Positions 17,852-27,412 of a stretch of 64,000 nucleotides of DNA are shown in pieces. A program made the position numbers and the translations under genes. The notes beneath the pieces were generated by a model, which saw only the letters and a program-made list of their open reading frames with translations, did no database searches and was not told the DNA's origin. Source of the stretch: an uncultured Bacteroidales bacterium. Lineage in GTDB: Bacteria > Bacteroidota > Bacteroidia > Bacteroidales > JAADJA01. Numbering within the stretch: position 1 is the first letter of the stretch; each line of letters opens with the position of its first letter. Where the stretch lies: NCBI GenBank assembly GCA_963705185.1, contig CAVPJF010000014.1:49655-113654 (forward strand), written 5' to 3'.

Positions 17852-20227
17852 ATGCAATGTAGCATTCAAAATAGATTATATCTTTTTTTCCTGATGATAT
17901 TAACCCTGACCGGAGTAATTCATGGTCAATCAGGTTTTTTCCAGAATATCAAAGGCATTGTAGTTGATAAAAGCTCCCAGGTTCCTTTGGTTGGAGCAAA
18001 TGTAATCCTTTTGAATTCTGATCCACTTAATGGAACAGTCACCGATATTAACGGAAGCTTTGAGTTAAAAAATGTTCCTGTCGGACGTCAAAGCCTTAAA
18101 GTTAGTTTTATCGGCTATCAATCTATCGAACTCACCGAACTCATTGTATCGAGTGCAAAAGAACTTGTACTGAAAATCGAGCTTGAAGAAAACATTTATA
18201 CTACAGGAGAAGTAACCATTCTTGGCGAAGTTCGGAAAGATAAACCGTTGAACCAGATGGCACTGGTGAGTGCCCGTTCATTCACTATTGAAGAAACCAA
18301 CAAATATGCGGGCAGCTATGGCGATCCGGCACGGATGGCAGCTAATTATGCCGGGGTTTTATCTGCAAGAGACAACAGAAATGATATTGTGATCAGGGGT
18401 AATTCATCTATGGGGCTTCAATACCGGATGGATGGAATTGAGATTGCCAATCCCAATCATTTCGGAGCTTTGGGAACAACCGGAGGTCCGATAACAGTTA
18501 TTAATACCAATCTTCTTACAAATTCTGATTTCCTCACCGGAGCTTTTCCGGCAGAGTATGGTAATGCAATGGCCGGAATATTCGACCTGAAAATGCGCAC
18601 CGGGAATACTGAACGCAGGGAATACTGGGCTCAGATAGGTTTCAATGGACTGGAATTCGGTACAGAAGGTCCGGTTTCCCGGAAAAACGGGTCTTCCTAC
18701 CTGGCTGCTTACCGTTACTCATTTGTTGATATACTTGAAAAACTGGGAGTCAACCTGGATGAAACCGCAAAATACCAGGATCTGTCCTTTAAACTAAATT
18801 TCCCAACCAAAAAGGCAGGTACATTCAGTGTGATTGGTATAGGTGGAACCAGCAGAATTGACATACCCGATTCAGAATCTGACCAGGAAGACTGGACTTT
18901 TGACACCCACGGAGAGGATGTGAATACGGGTTCAGCCGTTGCAAGCTTGGGAGTTTCACATTTATATTTCATCAATGAAAATACACGGATAAAAACAGAC
19001 CTTTCATTTGTAGGCTCAGATGTTGATACCAGAATAGATACTTTCAGCCTTTCATCTCCGGAATTATTTAACTGGGGTGGCGAAAAGTCAACTGAATTAA
19101 AATATACACTTTCCTCTTCATTAAAGAAAAAACTAAACGCAAAGAACAACATCTCTTTCGGCGTAACAGGGGACTATTACAACGTGGATTATTCAGATAG
19201 TACTTATTATGATGGTTTTTATCATATGGATACGGATAGCAGGGATAATTTTGGACTTCTCAGAATTTATGGTCAATGGGAAAAAAGATACATTAACAAG
19301 CTTACCAGTTATTTAGGCTTGAATTATCAGTATTTTAGCTTGAATGCTTCATCAGCAATAGAACCGAGGGCCGGATTAATGTGGGAGATCAACCGGGTTC
19401 AGACCCTTAATTTTGGAATAGGCATGCACAGCCAGATGCAGCCCCGGATGATGTATTATGTGCAATCGCTAAATTCTGAAGGGAATTATGTTCTTTCGAA
19501 CCAGCAGCTTGATTTTTCGAAAAGCGTCCATCTTGTTTTGGGCTACAATTACCTGATTGCTGAAAATCTTAGGTTAAAAGCAGAATCATATTATCAGCAT
19601 TTATACAATATTCCTGTCTCCGAAAGTATTCCTCAATATTCCATCCTGAATGAAGGTACGCAATATTTTGTCGACCGGCAGGACAGCCTGATGAACAAGG
19701 GGACCGGCACAAATTATGGCCTCGAACTGACCCTGGAAAAATTCATGGCAAGGAATTATTATTTCCTTTTTACGGCCTCTCTTTTCCAATCAAAATATAA
19801 AGGTTATGATAATGTTGAAAGAAGCACTTCCTTCGATGGCAATTATATTCTGAATGGGGTGGCGGGTTACGAATTACCTATGGGAAAACGTAAAAACCTT
19901 GCTTTGATCTTAGGTTTGCGGCTAACCTGGGCAGGAGGCCTGCCTTACGTTCCTTATGATCAGCAGGCAACAGTTGAACAGGGTGAAGTTGTTTACGACT
20001 GGGACAAGGCTTACCAGGAAAAATATGACGACTATCTGAGAGGCAGCTTCAGGTTTGGGATACGGCGAAATGAAAAAGGTTTCAATATGCAGTTTTTTTT
20101 CGACCTTCAATATCGCGCCAATTATACTTATGTATATCTTTACCGTATTGATGTTACAACCGGTGAGATCGTTAAAACTTATAATATGGGATTTTATCCG
20201 TTGGGTGTCTGGAGAATTCAGTTTTGA
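17852..20227 (+). CDS. TonB-dependent receptor-like outer-membrane protein with CarboxypepD_reg domain
   Basis: A signal peptide is followed by IKGIVVDKSSQVPLVGANVILL...GSFELKNVPVGRQSLKVSFIGYQ (carboxypeptidase-regulatory-like). Then comes a plug-like region (NDIVIRGNS...MDGIEI), a long beta-barrel and a C-terminal aromatic residue (RIQF). Confidence 0.8.
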   Translation: MQCSIQNRLYLFFLMILTLTGVIHGQSGFFQNIKGIVVDKSSQVPLVGANVILLNSDPLNGTVTDINGSFELKNVPVGRQSLKVSFIGYQSIELTELIVSSAKELVLKIELEENIYTTGEVTILGEVRKDKPLNQMALVSARSFTIEETNKYAGSYGDPARMAANYAGVLSARDNRNDIVIRGNSSMGLQYRMDGIEIANPNHFGALGTTGGPITVINTNLLTNSDFLTGAFPAEYGNAMAGIFDLKMRTGNTERREYWAQIGFNGLEFGTEGPVSRKNGSSYLAAYRYSFVDILEKLGVNLDETAKYQDLSFKLNFPTKKAGTFSVIGIGGTSRIDIPDSESDQEDWTFDTHGEDVNTGSAVASLGVSHLYFINENTRIKTDLSFVGSDVDTRIDTFSLSSPELFNWGGEKSTELKYTLSSSLKKKLNAKNNISFGVTGDYYNVDYSDSTYYDGFYHMDTDSRDNFGLLRIYGQWEKRYINKLTSYLGLNYQYFSLNASSAIEPRAGLMWEINRVQTLNFGIGMHSQMQPRMMYYVQSLNSEGNYVLSNQQLDFSKSVHLVLGYNYLIAENLRLKAESYYQHLYNIPVSESIPQYSILNEGTQYFVDRQDSLMNKGTGTNYGLELTLEKFMARNYYFLFTASLFQSKYKGYDNVERSTSFDGNYILNGVAGYELPMGKRKNLALILGLRLTWAGGLPYVPYDQQATVEQGEVVYDWDKAYQEKYDDYLRGSFRFGIRRNEKGFNMQFFFDLQYRANYTYVYLYRIDVTTGEIVKTYNMGFYPLGVWRIQF

Positions 20228-20314
20228 TCTTTTTTAAAATCGAATAAGGTTATAATTTTACCGCCGAATCAAATTTAAGAAAACTGGATGTCTAAATATT
20301 AAACAAGTTAAAAA

Positions 20315-20932
20315 ATGAAAAAATCAAATCTTTTATTTTTCGTATTGCTGCTCGCATGTATTTATACTGCAAGAGCACAAAAGATCAAGCTGGAATCCGG
20401 AAAGCTCGATTTCTTAAAAGGAGTTACAGAATTAAAAGTTGAATACAACTACGAGGCCGTAAGCGTAGGAAAGTATAAAGTAGAACAGGACTATGTGACT
20501 CAAAAAAAAGCCGATTATAACGAAAAGGAGCCTGGAAGCGGAGATCGCTGGGAAACTGCATGGTTTGCAGACCGCTCAGAAAGATATGCTCCCCGGTTTG
20601 AAGAAGAAATGAATCTTCAGTTTGTCAAGAGAGAAGTTACATGCAAGGTAGGGCAGGATTTGGCAGGTACATACACGGTAATTTTAAAGACCACTTTTAT
20701 CGAACCCGGATTCAATGTGGGTGTCGCCCGTAAAAATGCGTATATCAATGCCGAAGCAATTTTTGTGGAATCGGCAAATCATGAAAATGTTCTTGCAACG
20801 ATCTCCATAGAAAATTCACCTGGCAGAGATGCTTTTGGTTATGACTTCGATACCGGACTAAGGATTCAGGAAGCCTACGCTAAAGCAGGGAAAGAGCTGG
20901 TTTACTTCATCTGGAAGAATTACTTGCAGTAG
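20315..20932 (+). CDS. secreted/lipoprotein-like hypothetical protein
   Basis: It has the signal peptide MKKSNLLFFVLLLACIYTARAQ. I recognise no domain. Confidence 0.5.
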   Translation: MKKSNLLFFVLLLACIYTARAQKIKLESGKLDFLKGVTELKVEYNYEAVSVGKYKVEQDYVTQKKADYNEKEPGSGDRWETAWFADRSERYAPRFEEEMNLQFVKREVTCKVGQDLAGTYTVILKTTFIEPGFNVGVARKNAYINAEAIFVESANHENVLATISIENSPGRDAFGYDFDTGLRIQEAYAKAGKELVYFIWKNYLQ

Positions 20933-21236
20933 ATACAAGCATTTGTGCAAGTGCAGACTGAATGGGTCGAACAATAAGGATGAAATAATAAAAAAACTAA
21001 TGCCGCCTGGAAAAATATATTAGTCCAATTTTCGCTTCGCTTGATTCGACTAAACATTTTAACTGCGGCATTAATCCTGCCCATCCGGTCAGGCGGGCAT
21101 TGCAACAATTCAAATGTCCTATGGACTAATTTGAATTGGCAATTGGTATAATATGTATTCTTAAAACTTAAAAAAGCAAATCAAGGTTTTAAAGAACATA
21201 CAACAGCTTAGATGAGCTGCTGTTACATAAAAATTT

Positions 21237-21767
21237 TTACTGGTTTTTAACCAAAACATATTGAACATACAAGCTATAAACTCCGGGTTCGGCATAGCTG
21301 TTAGTGCCATTTACTGTTACAAGGTCTTCTGCATTTACTGCATCGGCGTTGTAAGCATTATGGAAAATAGCCGGTAATCCGGGTAATAACCTGAAGTCAA
21401 TTCCATAGAAGTAATTACTGGTATAACCACCTGCTGTGAGGTAAGAGCCATTTGGCATAGTATCATCGCCCGATGCTGAAGTTCCGGAAAGGCCGGTAAC
21501 ATATTTATCAGCAAAAGTGGGCGACGTAAGAGTACCATTGTTTAAATTAATTTTTTTTACGCCATTGTAAACGGTAGAGGTCGTCACCGGCGTTGAATAA
21601 TCGATGCAGGTTGCAGTAATTCCTTTAATATGCTTTTCATCGTCATCATCAATTATAGGTGAATTAGACCTGGCATCAACGCTGTTTAATAGGCCCATGA
21701 AAAGAATAACTGCAAGGCATAAACAAGGAAAATGTAAAAACTCAGCATGTAAATTATCATTTTTCAT
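21237..21767 (-). CDS. secreted hypothetical protein
   Basis: A 176-aa ORF with a hydrophobic N-terminal segment and a Thr/Ser/Gly/Asn-rich beta-type composition. Confidence 0.45.
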   Translation of the reverse strand: MKNDNLHAEFLHFPCLCLAVILFMGLLNSVDARSNSPIIDDDDEKHIKGITATCIDYSTPVTTSTVYNGVKKINLNNGTLTSPTFADKYVTGLSGTSASGDDTMPNGSYLTAGGYTSNYFYGIDFRLLPGLPAIFHNAYNADAVNAEDLVTVNGTNSYAEPGVYSLYVQYVLVKNQ

Positions 21768-22052
21768 TTGTCCTTCTGTTCAAATTTTCCTATAATAGCG
21801 TTCGAGGTTGGGTATTTATACCAAAAAGTTTATAAAGGGTTTCAAATATTGTCCTAATTTTCAATATGTATGTATATTTTCAAGATATAAAACAGCTATC
21901 TAATTCTGGTATTTATCAGGGCTTTTTGTTTTTATTTAATTATTTCATTCAACAAATTCCAGCATCAGGTTTTTTTATACCTTAGCTGAAAAATCAGTTC
22001 ATTGTTAAATTATAATTACAGAAAATGAAAAAGTTATTTTTAGTTACGTTAA

Positions 22053-24131
22053 TTGCAAGTCTGGGTCTGCTTATTTGGTCATGCACAACCAGAGGTGAAT
22101 GTTGAAGAACAGAAACCACAGGCTCAGGAAATCATTGGGAAACCAGCGCTTCAGATCCAGTCGGATGTAATGACACCTGAAGTGTTATGGGCTTTCGGAC
22201 GTGTGAGTGGCCATGAAATATCGCCTGATGGGAAAACGGTTCTTTATGGAGTAACCTATTATTCTATCGAGCAGAACAAGGGCAACCGTGAATTGTACAC
22301 GGTGAGTGTTAACGGTGAAAATTTGAAGCAGATAACTACTTCAGCTAAAAGTGAGTTCAATGAAGTATGGCGTCCGGATGGAAAGAAAATCGGATTCCTC
22401 TCTTCCGAAAGCGGGTCGGTTCAGATTTGGGAAATGAACCCTGACGGAACCAACCGAACTCAAATTACAAATATTGAAGGAGGCATTACCGGGTTTAAAT
22501 ACTCACCCGATCAGACAAAGATTTTATACACTAAAGATCTTCCTTTAAAAAATAAATTTGAGGATTTATATAAGGGATTGCCACTTGCAACAGGCCGGAT
22601 TAATGACGACCTGATGTACCGGCATTGGGATCATTGGGTGGATACATACAGCCATGTGTTTTATGCCGATTACGACGGAGCGAAGTTAACCAACGATAAA
22701 GATATTTTGGAAGGCGAGCCATACTCTTCTCCTTTAGCTCCCTTTGGTGGGATTGAGCAAATCGACTGGAGTCGTGATGGTAAATTTATTGTTTATACAA
22801 GCAAAAAACTCCTCGGTAAAGCTGCCTCTCTTTCAACCAATTCTGACCTTTATCTTTATAGTTTAGAAACAAAGGAAACGAAGAATATTACTGATGGCAT
22901 GATGGGATTCGATCTTGCTCCGCTTTATTCACCCGATGGAAATTATATAGCATGGGAAAGCATGGAGCGGGATGGTTTTGAATCGGACAAAAACAGGCTA
23001 TATATTGTCGATACCAAAACCTGGGAAAAAACTTATGCTACCAAAGATTTTGATCAGAATGCGGGAACTCTGATTTGGTCAGCTGACAGCAAATCCATTT
23101 ACTTTACAAGTGACTGGCACGGAACTTTCCAGATTTACAATTACAATCTTGCAGATGGCAAAATAAACAAGCTGACCGATGGAATGCATGATTATACTTC
23201 TGTTGCTCCTGCAGGCGATGTATTGATTGCCCCGAAAGAGACCATGTCGTTCCCAACCGAATTATTCGCCATCAATTTGAGTGATGGTAAAGCGCAGCAA
23301 ATAACCTTTACAAATAAAGACCTGCTCGAAAAATTATCCATGGGAAAAGTGGAAGAGCGCTGGATGAAAACGCTGGATGGTCAGGATATGCTAACCATAG
23401 TGATTTATCCTCCTCATTTTGATCCGAATAAAAAATATCCGGCATTGCTTTATTGCAAAGGTGGACCTCAGGGACCTCTGAGCCAGGATTTTCATTACCG
23501 CTGGAATTATCAAATAATGGCTGCAAATGATTATATTATAGTGGCTCCAAACAGAAGAGGAGTTTCCGGTTTTGGGCAGGCATGGCAGGAACAGATCAGC
23601 GGCGACTACCATGGAAAGAGCATGGACGATTACTTTGTAGCCATCGATGAAATGGCAAAAGAACCTTTTGTGGATAAAGAAAGATTGGGTGCAATTGGTG
23701 CGAGTGCCGGTGGCTGGGCTGTTTACTATCTTGCCGGAAACCACAATGGACGGTTCAAAGCCTTTATAGCCCATGATGGAATTTTCAATGAGGAAGCACA
23801 ATACCTGGAAACAGAAGAGATGTGGTTCGAAAATTGGGATAAGGGCGGTGCATTCTGGGATAAAAACAATAAAATAGCACAACAAGTCTATGCTCACTCT
23901 CCCCATAAATTTGTGGATAAATGGGATACTCCTATTCTTGTAATTCATAGTGAACAGGACTACAGGGTGCTGTTTACACAAGGTATGACAGCTTTCAATG
24001 CTGCTGTATTAAAAGGTGTTCCGGCTGAGTTCCTTTATTTCCCTGATGAAAATCATTGGGTACTGAAACCACAGAACGGTATCCTTTGGCAACGGACATT
24101 CTTCAACTGGCTGGATAAGTGGTTGAAGTAA
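22053..24131 (+). CDS. S9 family serine peptidase (prolyl oligopeptidase/DPP-like) with N-terminal beta-propeller
   Basis: The catalytic region is GASAGGW (GxSxGG), with later Asp and His (PDENHWV), and the N-terminal part has TolB-like propeller repeats. A lipoprotein-type signal peptide (MKKLFLVTLIASLGLLIWSC) starts at ATG 22025 in another frame. This implies an indel near 22085-22095. Confidence 0.85.
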   Translation: MQVWVCLFGHAQPEVNVEEQKPQAQEIIGKPALQIQSDVMTPEVLWAFGRVSGHEISPDGKTVLYGVTYYSIEQNKGNRELYTVSVNGENLKQITTSAKSEFNEVWRPDGKKIGFLSSESGSVQIWEMNPDGTNRTQITNIEGGITGFKYSPDQTKILYTKDLPLKNKFEDLYKGLPLATGRINDDLMYRHWDHWVDTYSHVFYADYDGAKLTNDKDILEGEPYSSPLAPFGGIEQIDWSRDGKFIVYTSKKLLGKAASLSTNSDLYLYSLETKETKNITDGMMGFDLAPLYSPDGNYIAWESMERDGFESDKNRLYIVDTKTWEKTYATKDFDQNAGTLIWSADSKSIYFTSDWHGTFQIYNYNLADGKINKLTDGMHDYTSVAPAGDVLIAPKETMSFPTELFAINLSDGKAQQITFTNKDLLEKLSMGKVEERWMKTLDGQDMLTIVIYPPHFDPNKKYPALLYCKGGPQGPLSQDFHYRWNYQIMAANDYIIVAPNRRGVSGFGQAWQEQISGDYHGKSMDDYFVAIDEMAKEPFVDKERLGAIGASAGGWAVYYLAGNHNGRFKAFIAHDGIFNEEAQYLETEEMWFENWDKGGAFWDKNNKIAQQVYAHSPHKFVDKWDTPILVIHSEQDYRVLFTQGMTAFNAAVLKGVPAEFLYFPDENHWVLKPQNGILWQRTFFNWLDKWLK

Positions 24132-24135
24132 AGAA

Positions 24136-24190
24136 GTTCTGAGTTCTGAGTTCAGGAGTTTTGGGTTACCCGAAACACAGAACTCAGAAC
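24136..24190 (+). terminator. intergenic hairpin after the peptidase gene (13-bp perfect inverted repeat)
   Basis: gttctgagttctg (24136-24148) is the exact reverse complement of cagaactcagaac (24178-24190). No clear T-tract follows, so a terminator role is uncertain. Confidence 0.35.
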
Positions 24191-24201
24191 AATTTAAGGA
24201 T

Positions 24202-24606
24202 ATGAGAAACCAAATCACTGTTTACAAATGGTCAGCCCGGATAATTGGCGGACTCGGTCTGCTTTTCTTCGGATCATATTTCATTGGTGAAGGAATACCT
24301 GATTTAATCAAAGGAGGTGATGGCCATTTGCAATCCATGATGCTTCTGATGGGATTTGCTTTACTGGGTTACATTTTTGCCTGGTTTCGTGAAAAGGAAG
24401 GAGGATACGTATTAGTGTTCAGCGGAGTCGTCATGGGATTGACCATGTTCTATGACGGTGGCCTGAATGATATAAGCTTGATCCTTGTTTATTCACTTCC
24501 TTTTATAGTTTCCGGTTTGCTTTTTCTGTGGGCAGGAAAGAGTTCTGAAATTATGAAATCCAAATTGAACAACACAGTCGAAAGTAGCAGGGAATTAGAC
24601 CAGTAG
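24202..24606 (+). CDS. small integral membrane protein
   Basis: A 134-aa ORF with about four hydrophobic helices. Confidence 0.5.
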   Translation: MRNQITVYKWSARIIGGLGLLFFGSYFIGEGIPDLIKGGDGHLQSMMLLMGFALLGYIFAWFREKEGGYVLVFSGVVMGLTMFYDGGLNDISLILVYSLPFIVSGLLFLWAGKSSEIMKSKLNNTVESSRELDQ

Positions 24607-24649
24607 AGACTATGCAATAGTCTGTGGTAATAATAAGAGAAACAAGTTT

Positions 24650-25348
24650 ATGAAAGTATTTTGGAAATTTTTTGCACTCTTTCTTTTCCCAATTTTTGGA
24701 TATTCGCAAGACATTGAGATTAAATATATTGGAAATTGTGCGTACAGAATAAAACTTGACAGTGTCGAAATTTTTACTGATTTTCCATACAAATCGGGAG
24801 CTTACGGTTATTTGGAGTATGAACTGGATAGTGTGGATTTGAGTAAACCCAATCAGTATCTTTTATTTACCCATCAACATAAGGATCATTACTCTGGCAA
24901 ACTTGTAAGGAAATCTGGTTTAAAAAAAATTGCTCCATTAATATCTCAGAAGAAAAAAAATAAACTGATAAAGGAATTGTCAGACAAATATGGGATACAG
25001 ATCAAATCTTTTAAAACCAAACACCGATATTCGATAAAACATCGTTCTTTGGCAATTGAATGGAAAGGAAAGATTATATTTATTTTCGGGGATACAGAAA
25101 ATGATTTTCCCAATTATCTGAATTTAAATCAAATTGATCTGTTATTTATCACGGGTTGGCAGATTCCAAAACTCAAACAACAATACCAAAATTATAGATT
25201 CAAAAATGTCGTTCCATATCATTTGAGACCACAAGCATCTGGGAATATTGACTTGGTAACAAAATATTTAGATGAACATTTAAGTTTCTTGTCTCAAAAG
25301 CCGAATTATATTATTTTACAACAGTATAAGTGCCAAACAATAAATTAG
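24650..25348 (+). CDS. MBL-fold metallo-hydrolase (secreted)
   Basis: It has a signal peptide and the HxHxDH motif FTHQHKDHYSG. Confidence 0.7.
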   Translation: MKVFWKFFALFLFPIFGYSQDIEIKYIGNCAYRIKLDSVEIFTDFPYKSGAYGYLEYELDSVDLSKPNQYLLFTHQHKDHYSGKLVRKSGLKKIAPLISQKKKNKLIKELSDKYGIQIKSFKTKHRYSIKHRSLAIEWKGKIIFIFGDTENDFPNYLNLNQIDLLFITGWQIPKLKQQYQNYRFKNVVPYHLRPQASGNIDLVTKYLDEHLSFLSQKPNYIILQQYKCQTIN

Positions 25349-25482
25349 TGCCACTAGCAAGCCTGTAAAACCAATGCTGATAATGGTTTCCGCTTAGTGA
25401 AGGTTACGACAGTACATGGTTATACAGGCAAAATGTTCAAAATAGTATTCCTGTCAAGGAATATTTCACTGGCATAAATAAT

Positions 25483-26613
25483 TTATTGCTTAATAGCCTC
25501 CACAATTGAAAACGGCGAAACGGTTGGGATTACTTTCTTCATAGTGAAACCGGAATTCTTCAGGATTGTCTCAAATTCCTTTTGAGTTCGTTCCTTACCA
25601 CCATCCGTTCCGATAAGCATTTGAAGATCGAACATTTTGCCGTATGCCGGCTTATTGTTTTCCTCAATTACGGCTTCCATAATCAACAGTTTAGTTCCCC
25701 GTTCCATAGCCTTACCAATGTTTTCCAACAAGCTTATACAAACTTCATCATCAAAGGCATGTAAAATATTCTTCATTACATAAATATCACCTCCTGACGG
25801 AACAGCATTAAAGAAGTCACCTTCGACCGCATTTGCCCGATCACCCACTCCGAATTTTTTAAAGTTTTGACCTGCCGCTTTTACAACATGCGGCAAATCA
25901 AAGACAATTCCATTCAGCTGCTTATATTTTTTCAGAATCATGGAAAGCAAATAACCCTCTCCTCCACCGACGTCAACTATGAGTTTATTATTTTTAAAGG
26001 AATAAGCAGCCAGGAAAGCAGCCGATGATAAAGCCGAAGTATCTGTCATGGCTCTGTTGTACAATTCATTTATTTCCGGATTCTTTTCAAGATGACTGAA
26101 TGCATCCGTACCCAAAATTTCTCTGGCAGCGCTTTTACCGGTTGAAATACTATAGCCCAGATTGCCAATTATTTTCCAGTTGGTTTCGTTAACCTGATGC
26201 CGGATCATGTATTTCATTGAACCTGTACCCTCTGCAAGACCTTTTGATAAATTAGTATTAGAAAATACTCTGTCCTTCGATTCTTTAAAAATTCCTTCAC
26301 CTGCCAATGCCCGCATCAACCTGTAAAGGGCATTTGGGTTGGTATGTGTCGCTAAAGCTATTTCTTCAACTTTCATTGGTCCGGGAACCAGCATGTCTGC
26401 AATATTCAGGTCGCAGGCCACTCCTATTGCCTTGCTCATCCAGAAAGCCTGAGCTTTTTCGTAAACAACTACAGTAGATGGCATCAATCTGCTGTCGATC
26501 CTTTTTAGCCAGAGCCGTAACTTTTGAATGATACGGAAGAACCAAACCGGGGGTATGACAGGATCTTTGCTTTCAGTGTTCATCATTGTGAAGGTTTTTT
26601 TCTTTATTATCAA
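25483..26613 (-). CDS. class I SAM-dependent O-methyltransferase (family-2 type with dimerisation domain)
   Basis: The SAM motif I is LIVDVGGGEGY. The N-terminal winged-helix/dimerisation-like region and the length are typical of small-molecule OMTs. Confidence 0.8.
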   Translation of the reverse strand: MIIKKKTFTMMNTESKDPVIPPVWFFRIIQKLRLWLKRIDSRLMPSTVVVYEKAQAFWMSKAIGVACDLNIADMLVPGPMKVEEIALATHTNPNALYRLMRALAGEGIFKESKDRVFSNTNLSKGLAEGTGSMKYMIRHQVNETNWKIIGNLGYSISTGKSAAREILGTDAFSHLEKNPEINELYNRAMTDTSALSSAAFLAAYSFKNNKLIVDVGGGEGYLLSMILKKYKQLNGIVFDLPHVVKAAGQNFKKFGVGDRANAVEGDFFNAVPSGGDIYVMKNILHAFDDEVCISLLENIGKAMERGTKLLIMEAVIEENNKPAYGKMFDLQMLIGTDGGKERTQKEFETILKNSGFTMKKVIPTVSPFSIVEAIKQ

Positions 26614-26650
26614 AAGTAGTTATGATTTCTGAGTGATGAATTTTTAAGAA

Positions 26651-27412
26651 TTAATTGGACTCTTGTACAGCAAATTCAGTATTGATCAGCTCATCCAATG
26701 AAACAATGCTGAAACTTTTCTTCAGCGCAATCAGAAACTTTTCAAATGTTTCCGGAATTTGTTCGCCAGTGAAATCAATCCGGATGATGCTTCCATTTTG
26801 TATCCCGGTAACAGGTATGTCAGCGATTGAGTTATCTGAAATTTCAATCCTTTTACTCCATCCAATCACCCGGTAACCGATGACTTCAGCGGCTTTTCTT
26901 AAAGCTGGATTGGTGATCCCGAATGGTGGCCGGAAATAGAAAACTTCCCTTCCCGTAACCTGGAATATCAACTCTTCAGTTTTGTGCAATTCGGTAAGCA
27001 ACCTCCTGGCCGAATAAAAACCAAACTTGCCGGAGGCGGAATAAGAATGACTTCCAATGAGGTTCCCTTTATCAGCAAGTTTCGCAACCAATTCCGGCAA
27101 TTTTTCAACTACCTTTCCTGTAACAAAAAAAATAGCCTGAACTTTATGCTTGTCGAGTATTTCACCCAGGTGGTTCCATTTTGTATCAGGTTCTGCAAGG
27201 TTAAAACTGATAACGATATTATTGCTTTCCTTAGACCCTTTACAAATGGCTCTTAAGTATAGGTTTGCACACATAAAAAAAGAAGCTGTAAATGGTATAA
27301 GAAAATAAGCCGGGACAGCAATCCAGTAAAAAAGCGGACCAAAAATAGTAGTGTTGAATAATAGCCAAAGCGTTATAAAATAAAAGATGGTTATGTTGCG
27401 GATATTTAACAT
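26651..27412 (-). CDS. polysaccharide deacetylase (NodB homology) family protein, membrane anchored
   Basis: It has N-terminal TM helices and the NodB-like motifs IGSHSYS and YFRPPFG. Confidence 0.8.
   Translation of the reverse strand: MLNIRNITIFYFITLWLLFNTTIFGPLFYWIAVPAYFLIPFTASFFMCANLYLRAICKGSKESNNIVISFNLAEPDTKWNHLGEILDKHKVQAIFFVTGKVVEKLPELVAKLADKGNLIGSHSYSASGKFGFYSARRLLTELHKTEELIFQVTGREVFYFRPPFGITNPALRKAAEVIGYRVIGWSKRIEISDNSIADIPVTGIQNGSIIRIDFTGEQIPETFEKFLIALKKSFSIVSLDELINTEFAVQESN

Noticed and set aside
20933-21236. Possible small RNA or terminator in the 300-bp convergent spacer (hairpin aacagc...gctgtt near 21206-21228)
   Set aside because: It is a single short stem without a T-tract on the relevant strand, and nothing else is distinctive.
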